NCBI GenBank assembly: GCA_963725665.1
Contig: CAVRZA010000011.1
Coordinates: 352,001 to 416,000, forward strand
Origin: an uncultured Actinomycetes bacterium
GTDB lineage: Bacteria; Actinomycetota; Thermoleophilia; UBA2241
Reading direction: 5' to 3'
Length of the DNA stretch: 64,000 nucleotides
The translations under genes and the position numbers were made by a program. Below the pieces are notes generated by a model, which saw only the letters and a program-made list of their open reading frames with translations, did not search any database and had not been told where the DNA came from. Of this stretch, positions 50,131 through 58,749 are shown in pieces (the stretch's first letter is position 1; each line of letters opens with the position of its first letter).

Positions 50131-50980
50131 CACCTGGGTCACCTATCAGATCGTCAAGCACAAGGACCGGCCCCGCACGCGCGACTACATCGACGCCTTC
50201 ATCGAGGGCTTCGAGGAGCTGAAGGGCGACCGCCTGCGCGCCGACGACCCGGCCATGGTGGGCGGCGTGGGCTGGTTCGACGGCCGCTCGGTAGTGGTCG
50301 TCGGTCATCAGAAGGGCCGCACCCTCAACGAGCAGACCGAGCGCAACTTCGGCATGGCCAAGCCCGAGGGTTATCGCAAGGCGCAGCGTCTCTTCGCCCT
50401 CGCCGAGAGTCATCGCCTGGCCATCCTCACCTTCGTCGACACGCCGGGCGCGTACCCGGGCGTGGCGGCCGAGGAGGGCGGCCAGGGGCGCGCCATCGCG
50501 GAGAGCATGCTGGCGATGGCGCGCCTGACCGTGCCGGTCGTCTGCACCATCATCGGCGAGGGCGGGTCGGGCGGCGCCCTCGCCCTCGCCGTCGGCGACC
50601 GCGTGCTGATGCAGGAGAACGCGACCTACTCGGTCATCTCGCCCGAGGGCTGTGCCGCGATCCTCTGGCGCGACGCCTCCTTCGCCCCGCAGGCGGCCGA
50701 AGCGCTCAAGCCGACGGCGTCACAGCTCCTCTCGCTCGGTGTGATCGACGCGGTGATCGAGGAGCCGCGTGGAGGCGCTCACACGAGCCGCGAGACGGCG
50801 GCTCGCAACGTGCGCCAGGCCGTGGTCGCGGCGTTGCACGAGCTCGACGATGTCCCGCCCGACGAGCGTCGTCGCCAGCGTCGGGAGCGCTTCCGGCGCA
50901 TGGGCGTGTGGCGCGAAGACCCGCTCGCCTACACGATCCCGGTGCCGGCTGAGCCCGGCGGTGGCCCGCCGATGACGTAG
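49955..50980 (+). CDS. accA: Acetyl-CoA carboxylase carboxyltransferase alpha
   Basis: GHQKG, PEGYRKA, DTPGAYPG, GEGGSGGA, ISPEG; AAGGAGG upstream of ATG 49955. Confidence 0.94.
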   Translation: MEEGPPRDDREAAARESWLRQRLAELRHLPTLPGVHLTEEIDRLQARLKRLQHESRRHDTWVTYQIVKHKDRPRTRDYIDAFIEGFEELKGDRLRADDPAMVGGVGWFDGRSVVVVGHQKGRTLNEQTERNFGMAKPEGYRKAQRLFALAESHRLAILTFVDTPGAYPGVAAEEGGQGRAIAESMLAMARLTVPVVCTIIGEGGSGGALALAVGDRVLMQENATYSVISPEGCAAILWRDASFAPQAAEALKPTASQLLSLGVIDAVIEEPRGGAHTSRETAARNVRQAVVAALHELDDVPPDERRRQRRERFRRMGVWREDPLAYTIPVPAEPGGGPPMT

Positions 50981-51010
50981 ACGGCCCCCCTCGGCTCGTC
51001 GCGTCTCCGG

Positions 51011-51654
51011 CTACAAACGCTCGAGGGCAGCTTTCAGGCGCGCGTTGACGAGAGGGGGCAGAGTCAGCAGGTCCATGGAGCCGTGCAGCCAGAAACAGGC
51101 CGCGCCGGAGTTGACCACGATGGTGCTCCCACTATCGTCGCTGGGGGCCACCGACGCGGCGATCGTCAGGCCGCCCGGTACGGTGGGGTCGGCGGCGTAG
51201 ACGCGCGTGGCGAACTCCGGCACGCTGAGCTGCAGCAGTGTGAAACCGGGCGGGAAGCCCTCGCCCAGTCGTTGACCGCTCGTCTCACCCAGGACTTCGA
51301 CACCCTCCGCCGCGAGAGCTTCCTTCAGTCGGCGGAGGGCGCCAGAGGGGGGTCGAGAGTCTGCCTGACCGTGCGGAAGGAGGCGCTCTCCCTATGGCGA
51401 GCCCGCCCCTCGAGGTCTGCCGCGTGCCCGTAAGTCTTGTCCAGGTACTCGACGACGCGCGCCGAGTCGGCGACGACGAGGTCGCCATCCGTGATGATCG
51501 GCACCTTCGCCTGGCCGGAAAGCTCGATGACCTTGGTGCGCGCGGGCCTGCTGGCCGGCACGTTGACGGTCTCGTAAGCGAGCCCAAGCTCGGTCAGTGC
51601 CTCGCGCACGCGATGGCAGTACGGGCACCACTCGACCTGGTAGAGCGTTATCAT
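51011..51654 (-). CDS. Glutaredoxin (CPYC) fused to a DUF302-like domain, frameshifted near 51350
   Basis: MITLYQVEWCPYC...VP..DS; after a C-run the next frame reads ALRRLKEALAAEGVEVLGE...LKAALERL*. Confidence 0.7.
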
Positions 51655-51745
51655 CCTCACCTCACAGGGATGCCGTGTGGCCGGTCCTTGCCCGCGACGG
51701 GAGCAATCCCGGGGTCTCGAGATCGTTGTCGGCGAGCGGTGACGA

Positions 51746-52288
51746 CTAGGCGAGGTCGTCCGCCACAGTGTAGCGCAAAGGGAGGCTGCGGGCGCTCCCC
51801 GTCTCGACGTCGTACACCGTGAGCTGCGTGAGCGGCGGGGCATAGAGGTGCACGGTGACGAGGCGATCGCGGGACGTGTTGGCGAGCTGATGGATCTCGG
51901 GGCGGTCGACCGACGTGTGGTCCGTCGTTGCGAGCCGCTCCTCAGAGGCGATGGCCAGCCCCCCTCCTGCGACCTTCTCGAACAGGCGTGAAGTGAGCTC
52001 CCCGTGGTGGACGCGGATGAAGTTGAGCGAGCCGGCGTGGTCGTGGACGGTCGTCATGTGACCGGGCTCCCAGCACAGCACCAGCAGCTCGAACTGAGGT
52101 GTGCGACAGACGAAGTTCCTCGCGTAGGCCTCTCGACTGAAAGCGATGTTGCGCTCGATGAGCGCGGGGTCCAGCCGTAGCCGGCCGGTCAGCCCCACGA
52201 ACTGGTCGTGTGCCATGTCGGCCATCCTCGCCTGAGCCATGGCAAGCAGGTACTCGTCGAGCGACAGGCTTGCAGTGGGGGAGGACAT
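51746..52288 (-). CDS. Cysteine dioxygenase-family cupin
   Basis: YARN, LLVLCWEPG..TTVHDH, IHQL, TVHLYAPP motifs. Confidence 0.85.
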   Translation of the reverse strand: MSSPTASLSLDEYLLAMAQARMADMAHDQFVGLTGRLRLDPALIERNIAFSREAYARNFVCRTPQFELLVLCWEPGHMTTVHDHAGSLNFIRVHHGELTSRLFEKVAGGGLAIASEERLATTDHTSVDRPEIHQLANTSRDRLVTVHLYAPPLTQLTVYDVETGSARSLPLRYTVADDLA

Positions 52289-52449
52289 TGTCGGACGATA
52301 CCCAATGCGCCGTCGCCGGGCAACGCGGGCCCACCGACGCTTGCGGGCGATCGGCGCGGACACCGGCCGGTCGTGGCGAGCGCGAGTGGGTGCGGCACGA
52401 GTCCGGCGAGCCGTGTTGAGTAGACAGCGAAGGTAGGCAGGAGGAAGCC

Positions 52450-52884
52450 ATGGCGCGTCACGTGCCCTCGAGGTTCATCGAGAAGGTCCGCCGCGTGCGG
52501 GAGATCGTCGATGCCGCGCGGTCGTCGAGCGACGGCGCCCCCTTCGACGTCTCACTCGAGGTCGTGCCGGGGGTGCGCGTCATCCGCGGGCACGCACGCG
52601 GCCAGGAGCTGGCGTTCTCGCTGTGGACCTACCCCACCGACATCGCGGAGCTCTGCGGCGACGGGGCCGTCCCCGCGGCGGCGGCGGCGCTGGTCGTGCA
52701 CCGTGACGATGCTCGCCGCCTGCAGACGGACGGCGTGTTCGTCGATCTCTCGCAGCTTGTGCGATCGGAGTCCTACCCGGGCTACTACTACGCTCTCTTC
52801 GACTACGCGAGCCCTCTCCAGCTACGACGCACCATGACACGCCTCGTGCCGGCGTTCACGCCGCACGACAGCGTGCCCGCGTAG
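52450..52884 (+). CDS. Hypothetical protein
   Basis: AGGAGG RBS; GC3-biased codons. Confidence 0.7.
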   Translation: MARHVPSRFIEKVRRVREIVDAARSSSDGAPFDVSLEVVPGVRVIRGHARGQELAFSLWTYPTDIAELCGDGAVPAAAAALVVHRDDARRLQTDGVFVDLSQLVRSESYPGYYYALFDYASPLQLRRTMTRLVPAFTPHDSVPA

Positions 52885-53106
52885 CCTCGTCTGTCGGACC
52901 GCGCGGTGCCTGTGCCGGTGCACCCCGCCTGCGGAAGCTCGTGAGCATGCACGAGGGGAGCGACGGACCGCCGTCGCGGCGCACGCCACAACGGTTCACG
53001 CCGCCGCTACCCTGCTGGTAGTATGCGGCTCTACCAGAAGTCGAACCGCACGGCTTGTCGGCGGAGGACGCCGCAGCAGACGTGCGGGAAAGGGGTTTGA
53101 GGATCC

Positions 53107-53652
53107 ATGGCAGAAGGGTTCATGCAGACGCCGCCACAGCCGGAGAAGCTTGGCGCGATGACGGAGGAGAACCTCAAGGCAGCCTTCGCCGGTGAGAGCC
53201 AGGCGTCGCAGAAGTACCTCGCTTTCGCCGCCAAGTCCGATGCCGACGGCAAGCCCAACACGGCGCGGCTGTTCCGCGCCGCCGCGTTCGCCGAGAGCAC
53301 CCACGCGCGCAACCATCTCAGTGCGCTGGGCGGCATCGGCGACGCCCTGGCCAACCTCGACGCGGCCTGGGGCGGAGAGAACTTCGAGATCACCGAGATG
53401 TACCCGGCGTATCGCGAGGTCGCCAAGATGCAGGCGAACGAGCAGGCCGTGACCTCTATCCGCTATGCCGCGACCGCCGAGCAGGACCACCGCGCGCTCT
53501 ACAATCAGGCGAAGGAGAAGGTGACCGCCGGCGGCGACCTCGACGCGACGCCGCTCCGCGTCTGCCCGGTCTGCGGGCACACGGTGCAGGGCGACGCGCC
53601 CGACGAGTGTCCGGTCTGCGGCACCGACGGCCGGTTCTTCAAGGAGTTCTGA
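53107..53652 (+). CDS. rbr: Rubrerythrin
   Basis: TEENLKAAFAGESQA, AESTH, MYP, AEQDH; C-terminal CPVCG...CPVCG. Confidence 0.93.
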   Translation: MAEGFMQTPPQPEKLGAMTEENLKAAFAGESQASQKYLAFAAKSDADGKPNTARLFRAAAFAESTHARNHLSALGGIGDALANLDAAWGGENFEITEMYPAYREVAKMQANEQAVTSIRYAATAEQDHRALYNQAKEKVTAGGDLDATPLRVCPVCGHTVQGDAPDECPVCGTDGRFFKEF

Positions 53653-53821
53653 GAGCCCGAAACACGCACGCGGCGGCCGCCCGCCGCACCTGCCGGGCAG
53701 CAGCCCGGGCGTCCCTCGGACGCCCGGGCTGCTGCCCGGCCCCGTTGCCGGTAGAATCCTCCCGAAGGCTGCCGCCGTGCGGGCCCGCCGCCGGCGGGAG
53801 GTCCTGGAGGAGGTTGCGAGC

Positions 53822-54286
53822 GTGGGATACATCTTCGGTGTGGGCCGTGAGGCCCCCCTCTTCAGCCTGAGCGCGCACGACGGCAGCGTCGTGTCCCTCT
53901 CTCACTACCGCGGCGACTGGTATCCCGTCATCGTCTTCTTTCGTCCCGAGGCCGCCGGCATCGATGACTACCTGCGCGCCCTCAACGCCGCCGCCGGGAG
54001 CTTGTGGGGCGTCCGCGGCCAGGTGATGGCGATCGCCGTGGCCTCCGAGGAGGAGCTGCGGCAGCTCGCCGGCCGGGTGGGAACCATCGCGATACCGCTG
54101 CTCGCCGACGCCGACGGGGCCGTCGCGCGGCTCTACGGCGCCTGGGACAAGGACCAGGGAGACTGCACCCCGCTGGCCTACATCGCCGACAGGGCCCACA
54201 AGATCGTCTGGGCCGAGAACGGCGACGCCGCGCTGCCGCCGTCGGTATCGGAGCTCGAGAACGCCTTCAGGGGCTTCGTGAAGTAG
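53822..54286 (+). CDS. AhpC/TSA-fold redoxin lacking the peroxidatic Cys
   Basis: VG.EAP.FSL...DG..VSLS.YRG...VIVFF, PLLADADG.VARLYG; GGAGG RBS before GTG 53822. Confidence 0.75.
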   Translation: MGYIFGVGREAPLFSLSAHDGSVVSLSHYRGDWYPVIVFFRPEAAGIDDYLRALNAAAGSLWGVRGQVMAIAVASEEELRQLAGRVGTIAIPLLADADGAVARLYGAWDKDQGDCTPLAYIADRAHKIVWAENGDAALPPSVSELENAFRGFVK

Positions 54287-54514
54287 GAGGCAGGGGGATC
54301 CTCGCCCGGGCCTCCCGTGCTGCCGGACACCGTCCGTATCGGGCCGGTCGCCCTACTCCCCCCGAGAAGACCGCGGTTAGAGCCCCTCTCGAGCGGGGAT
54401 ACTGGCTGTCCCGTGCCTTCAGGACGCCCGGTCGGCGAGACCGACCTACGCTTTGGCTCGAAGGCAGGGGGTATATAAGCTCTGTTGCCAGCGTCTCAAC
54501 AGGAGTTCGATGTC

Positions 54515-54883
54515 ATGATCGTCGGGCAGACACTGTTCAGCGTCCGCAAGAGGACCGAGCACCGCGCCGAGAAGGCGCTGCAGGAACTCGATGGGATGTT
54601 CGAACAAGCCGCCGGGCACGTCGACCATCGCATCCTGCGCTCGTTCGGCATGTCGCCTCTCGCCAGCGCCCTCAGGGACGAGGCGGGCGAGGCGACGTTG
54701 GGCGACGTCCACTTCGTCGTACAGTCGGAGTGGGAGTCGCTCGAGTCTCACGACGCCTTCTATCGCAGCGAGGCCCTGCAACGGGTCTATGCAGTGCTCT
54801 CTTCGATTCTCACCAGCGGACCGTATGAAGTGCTGTACGACAGCGTGACGTGGCGCCGGGAGCCGACCGGCGTGGGGGTCTGA
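54515..54883 (+). CDS. ABM/dimeric alpha-beta barrel-like protein
   Basis: VQSEWESLESHDAFYRS pattern; AGGAG RBS. Confidence 0.7.
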   Translation: MIVGQTLFSVRKRTEHRAEKALQELDGMFEQAAGHVDHRILRSFGMSPLASALRDEAGEATLGDVHFVVQSEWESLESHDAFYRSEALQRVYAVLSSILTSGPYEVLYDSVTWRREPTGVGV

Positions 54884-54935
54884 CGGCCCCGGCGTGCGGC
54901 TGAAGAGCAAGCGGCACCCTGGTGGTGTGAACATC

Positions 54936-54970
54936 TGTGGGCGGGCCGCCCGAGGGGCGGCCCGCCCACA
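54936..54970. terminator. Hairpin between convergent genes
   Basis: TGTGGGCGGGCCGCCC-GAG-GGGCGGCCCGCCCACA. Confidence 0.7.
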
Positions 54971-54983
54971 ACTCTTGTGCGGC

Positions 54984-55019
54984 GCATGGCGGCGCGGCAC
55001 GCGCGCCGGTTCAGATGCC
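54984..55019 (-). promoter_or_regulatory. Candidate bacterial SECIS element
   Basis: After the in-frame TGA: GGCAT-CTGAACC-GGCGCG-CGTGC-CGCGCC-GCC-ATGC; the apical loop begins 18 nt after the TGA and has G at its second position. Confidence 0.55.
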
Positions 55020-55232
55020 TCAGCCGCCGCCGAACCCGACGCGCACCTCATCGCGTTCGTCAACGAGGACCGGCACCACCTGCTGGCCGCCCGTGAGCTC
55101 GGCGACCCTCTCGCGTGCCCCCGGCGTCGTGTAGACGTCGATCTCGTCATAGTCGACCCCCCGGCTCCGCAGATCCTCCTTCGCCGCGGCGCAGTAGGGG
55201 CAGCCCGGCTTCGTGTAGATCGTGACCGTCAT
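55011..55232 (-). CDS. Glutaredoxin-like UXX-star (seleno)protein, predicted C-terminus GFGGG-U-G-I
   Basis: TIYTKPGCPYC...VP; ends GGC GGC GGC TGA GGC ATC TGA. Confidence 0.78.
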
Positions 55233-58030
55233 GAGGTTCCTTCGTCCGATCGCTGTTCGCCGCCCGCCGGCGCGGAGCCGCGTTGCAGGCGCATGCCGTT
55301 GCCGATCACGAGCAGCGATGTGCCCATGTCGGCGAAGACGGCCATCCAGAGGGTGACCAGCCCCAGCGGCGCCAGGACGAGGAACACCGCCTTGATGGCG
55401 ATGGACAGGGCGATGTTCTCACGCACCACGTGGACGGTGCGCCGCGAGAGGGCGAGCATCGCCGGCAGCGCCTCGAGGTCGTCTCCCATGAGGGCGATGT
55501 CGGCGGTGTCGAGCGCCGCGTCGGTGCCGGCTGCGCCCATGGCGATGCCTACGGTCGCGGCGGCGAGCGCGGGGGCGTCGTTGACCCCGTCGCCGACCAT
55601 GCCCACGGCGCCGTAGCGCGCCGCGAGCTCGTACACGGCGTCGACCTTGTCCTCGGGCAGCAGTCCGGCGCGCACCTCGTCGACGCCGGCCTGCTGCCCG
55701 ATCGCCCGCGCCGTCGCTTCGTTGTCGCCGGTGAGCATGACGATGCGCTGCACGCCCTGCTCGCGCAGGGCGCGCAGCGCATCGCGCGCCTCGGGGCGGA
55801 CGGCGTCGGCCACGGCGATGAGACCCAGCGCCCGCCGCGGCGTGCCCACGATCACGGCGGTCTTGCCTTCGCCTCGCAGACGTTCCATCTCCGCCCTCAG
55901 GCGAGGCTCGGCCACGGTCGCAGCGTCGGCGCCCGACCAGAGCTCAGGCACCCCCACGAGGTAGGTCTCGCCGCCGATCTCGGCGCGCACACCCTTGCCG
56001 ACGACGGCACGGAAGGCCTGAGCCCGCGGCAGTTGGGCGTGGACGCGGTGCTCGACGTCGTTGTCGAGGTGAGTGTGTTCAACGTGCTCGTCCGCGCAAC
56101 CGCACCCTTGCCCCGAGCAGTCGCAGGGGTCGTCGTGGACCGCGTGGTCGTGGACCGCGTGGCCATCCGCCCGCTGGCCGTCGCGCCCCTCGGCGGCTGC
56201 GACGATGGCGCGCCCAAGGGCGTGCTCGCTCGGGCGCTCGCACGCCGCGGCGAGCTCGAGCAGGGCGTCGGACGCGACGCTGTCGAGCGACACGACGTCG
56301 GTCAACTGGGGCGTGCCCGTCGTCAGGGTGCCGGTCTTGTCGAAGGCGATGACCCGCAGCTTGTGCGCCTGTTCCAGGTAGACGCCGCCCTTCACGAGGA
56401 CGCCGCGCCGGGTGGCGGCGGCCAGGGCGGAGACGACGCTCACGGGTGTCGAGATCACGAGGGCGCAGGGACACGAGATGATGAGCAGGGCGAGACCGCG
56501 GTAGAGCCAGGTGGAGAACGGAGCTCCAAGCAGCGGCGGCACGATGACGACGGCCGCCGCGGCGGCGATCACCAGCGGCGTGTACTTGGCGGCGAAACGG
56601 TCGACGGTGCTCTCGAGGGGCGCACGCGTCGCCTGCGCCTCCTCGACGAGGTGGATGATCTTGGCGATGGTGTTGGTCTCGGCGGTGCTCGTCGCCCGGA
56701 TGTGCAGCGAGCCCCCGGCGACGATGGAGCCGGCGAAGACCTGGTCGCCGGGCTGCCGCGCCAGCGGCAGCGACTCGCCGGTGATGGCCGCCTGGTCGAC
56801 GGCTGCCGAACCCTCGACCACGACGCCGTCGACGGCGACACGCTCGCCGGGGCGAAGCACGAGCACGTCTCCTACCGCGATCTCGGCGGCGGCGGCACGG
56901 CGCTCCTGCCCGTCACGCAGCACCGTGCACTCCTCGGGCGCCAGCTCGACGAGGGAGCGGATGGCGCTCCGCGTGCGCTCCATGGAGGCCGCCTGCAGTG
57001 CGTTGCCGAGGGCGAACAGGAACACGACGAGACCTGCCTCGGACCACTGGCCGATGGCCGCCGCGCCGAGGGCTGCGATGGTCATGAGGACGTTCATGTC
57101 GACCTGGCGTGCGCGCAGCGAGTAGAAGGCTGCTCGTGCCATGTAGGCGCCGCCGGCCACCATGGCGGCGGCGAAGAGGAACGGGACGAGTGCCGGCGCC
57201 AGCGCCTCGGCGGCGAACCCGGCGATCACGAGCACGCCGGAGGCGAGCGTCGTGATCGCGCGGCGGTCGGAGAGCCAGAAGCGGCGCTGGCGCCGGCGCT
57301 CGTCCGAGAGGCGGTAGCCGAGCTCGCCTGCGGCCGCACGCAGCGACGCCTCGGACACGCGCGCCGGCGAGTAGGTGACGGTGAGGCGCGCGAGGGCGAA
57401 GTCGACGCGCGCCGCGGACACCCCGCCGAGGCGGCCCAGACGGCTCTCGAGCTTGGCGGCGCAGTCGGCGCAGTCCATCCCTGCGACGGCGAAGGTCTGC
57501 GTGCGTTCCTTGGCCCGCTCGGCCTCGAGCGTACCGTAGCCGAGCTGGTCGATGCGCCGCAGCACGGCGTCGTAGTCCACGGCGTCAGGATCGAAGGTGA
57601 CGTTGAGCGTCGAGGCGCCGAAGCTCGCCTCGGCGTCGATCACGCCCGGCATCGTGCGCAAGGCGCCCTCGAGCTTGAGGGCACAGTCGGCGCAGTCGAG
57701 CCCCGTCACGTGTGCGAGCCGGCGCTCGACATCGGCCGCAGACTGCGGCAGGGCGAGGCTGAAGTCGAGCTCGCCGTGCTCGTGCACGCCGTCGGGGCAG
57801 TGCACCGGGCAGTGCGCGCGCGAGGCGACACGCCGAGCCTGGCGCACGAGGTCGTCGTAGGAGACCACCGCCGGGTCGAAGCCGACCTGCAGGCGACCGC
57901 GCGTGAGGTCGGACGAGACGCCCTGGATGCCCGGCACGCCGCCGAGCGCCTGCGAAAGCTCGAGGACGCACGCCTCGCACTCGGCCCCGCGTGGGAGCAG
58001 CACCGGCAGGTCGAGCTGCTTCGTCGTCAT
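55229..58030 (-). CDS. cadA: P1B heavy-metal (Zn/Cd/Pb-type) ATPase with three HMA-like domains
   Basis: CEAC, GLDCADC, GMDCADC; TGES, SCPC, DKTGT, GDGVNDAP; K..FL and AVFADMG in the last TM segments. Confidence 0.93.
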   Translation of the reverse strand: MTTKQLDLPVLLPRGAECEACVLELSQALGGVPGIQGVSSDLTRGRLQVGFDPAVVSYDDLVRQARRVASRAHCPVHCPDGVHEHGELDFSLALPQSAADVERRLAHVTGLDCADCALKLEGALRTMPGVIDAEASFGASTLNVTFDPDAVDYDAVLRRIDQLGYGTLEAERAKERTQTFAVAGMDCADCAAKLESRLGRLGGVSAARVDFALARLTVTYSPARVSEASLRAAAGELGYRLSDERRRQRRFWLSDRRAITTLASGVLVIAGFAAEALAPALVPFLFAAAMVAGGAYMARAAFYSLRARQVDMNVLMTIAALGAAAIGQWSEAGLVVFLFALGNALQAASMERTRSAIRSLVELAPEECTVLRDGQERRAAAAEIAVGDVLVLRPGERVAVDGVVVEGSAAVDQAAITGESLPLARQPGDQVFAGSIVAGGSLHIRATSTAETNTIAKIIHLVEEAQATRAPLESTVDRFAAKYTPLVIAAAAAVVIVPPLLGAPFSTWLYRGLALLIISCPCALVISTPVSVVSALAAATRRGVLVKGGVYLEQAHKLRVIAFDKTGTLTTGTPQLTDVVSLDSVASDALLELAAACERPSEHALGRAIVAAAEGRDGQRADGHAVHDHAVHDDPCDCSGQGCGCADEHVEHTHLDNDVEHRVHAQLPRAQAFRAVVGKGVRAEIGGETYLVGVPELWSGADAATVAEPRLRAEMERLRGEGKTAVIVGTPRRALGLIAVADAVRPEARDALRALREQGVQRIVMLTGDNEATARAIGQQAGVDEVRAGLLPEDKVDAVYELAARYGAVGMVGDGVNDAPALAAATVGIAMGAAGTDAALDTADIALMGDDLEALPAMLALSRRTVHVVRENIALSIAIKAVFLVLAPLGLVTLWMAVFADMGTSLLVIGNGMRLQRGSAPAGGEQRSDEGTS

Positions 58031-58527
58031 CGTCCGGCCTCGCGGCTCGCGCTCCCCCGGTCGACGAGGGTCGCCGGCCCACGGCCGTCCCCGTAGCCGA
58101 CGGCGTGTGTGACGTGCTCGCGGGTGAGGTCGAGGAGCAGGCTGATGTGCTCGTCGTCGGGGGCGTAGTAGACCATTTTGCCCTGGCGGCGCGGTCGCAC
58201 GAGTCCGCGCGCGCGCAGCACACGCAGATGGTGGGAGACGTTCGACTCGCTCATGCCCAGGGCCGAGGCGAGGTCACACACGCAGATCTCGCCGGCGGCG
58301 AGGAGGGCGTAGACGAGCCGGCAGCGGCTCGGGTCGCCGAGAACCTTGAACACGTCGGCGACCCGTTGCGCCTCGGTGTAGGCGATCAGACTCTCTTGGA
58401 CGGCGGCGACAGTGCGGGGATGGACCACGGTGATGTCGCAGCGGTCGATCCCGCCCCTGAGGTCCGCCGGCGCCAGGTGCGAACCTCCGTTCTCGGCAGC
58501 GGGTCCGGCAGCCGTCTTCGCGCCCAT
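58027..58527 (-). CDS. ArsR/SmtB metalloregulator (CadC/ZiaR-like)
   Basis: FKVLGDPSR, ICVCDLA, SNVSHHLRVL, DDEH..x..EHVTH; N-terminal Cys/His; GGAGGAG RBS. Confidence 0.92.
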   Translation of the reverse strand: MGAKTAAGPAAENGGSHLAPADLRGGIDRCDITVVHPRTVAAVQESLIAYTEAQRVADVFKVLGDPSRCRLVYALLAAGEICVCDLASALGMSESNVSHHLRVLRARGLVRPRRQGKMVYYAPDDEHISLLLDLTREHVTHAVGYGDGRGPATLVDRGSASREAGR

Positions 58528-58544
58528 CCCTGCTCCTCCCTGAA

Positions 58545-58566
58545 CATATGAACAGACGTTCATATG
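58545..58566. promoter_or_regulatory. ArsR/SmtB-type operator
   Basis: Perfect inverted repeat CATATGAAC-AGAC-GTTCATATG immediately upstream of the arsR RBS. Confidence 0.82.
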
Positions 58567-58749
58567 ATAGCCGGCGGCGTCGGCTTCAGCAACATCTGGC
58601 CGTTGCCGGTCTGCGGGCTCGGAGCCGGCACCGGAGAAGGCTGCTGCCGCGTCGACCTGGCTTCCGCCCGCGCAGCGTCGAGCTCTCCGGATATCGCGCC
58701 CGATCCGGCGGCATCGAGGCGAGCGGCGGGAATCGGGTAGAGTGTGGCT

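Noticed and set aside
51325-51327. TGA ending the glutaredoxin ORF as a possible selenocysteine
   Set aside because: In-frame read-through is not protein-like; the coding signal continues in another frame, which indicates a frameshift.
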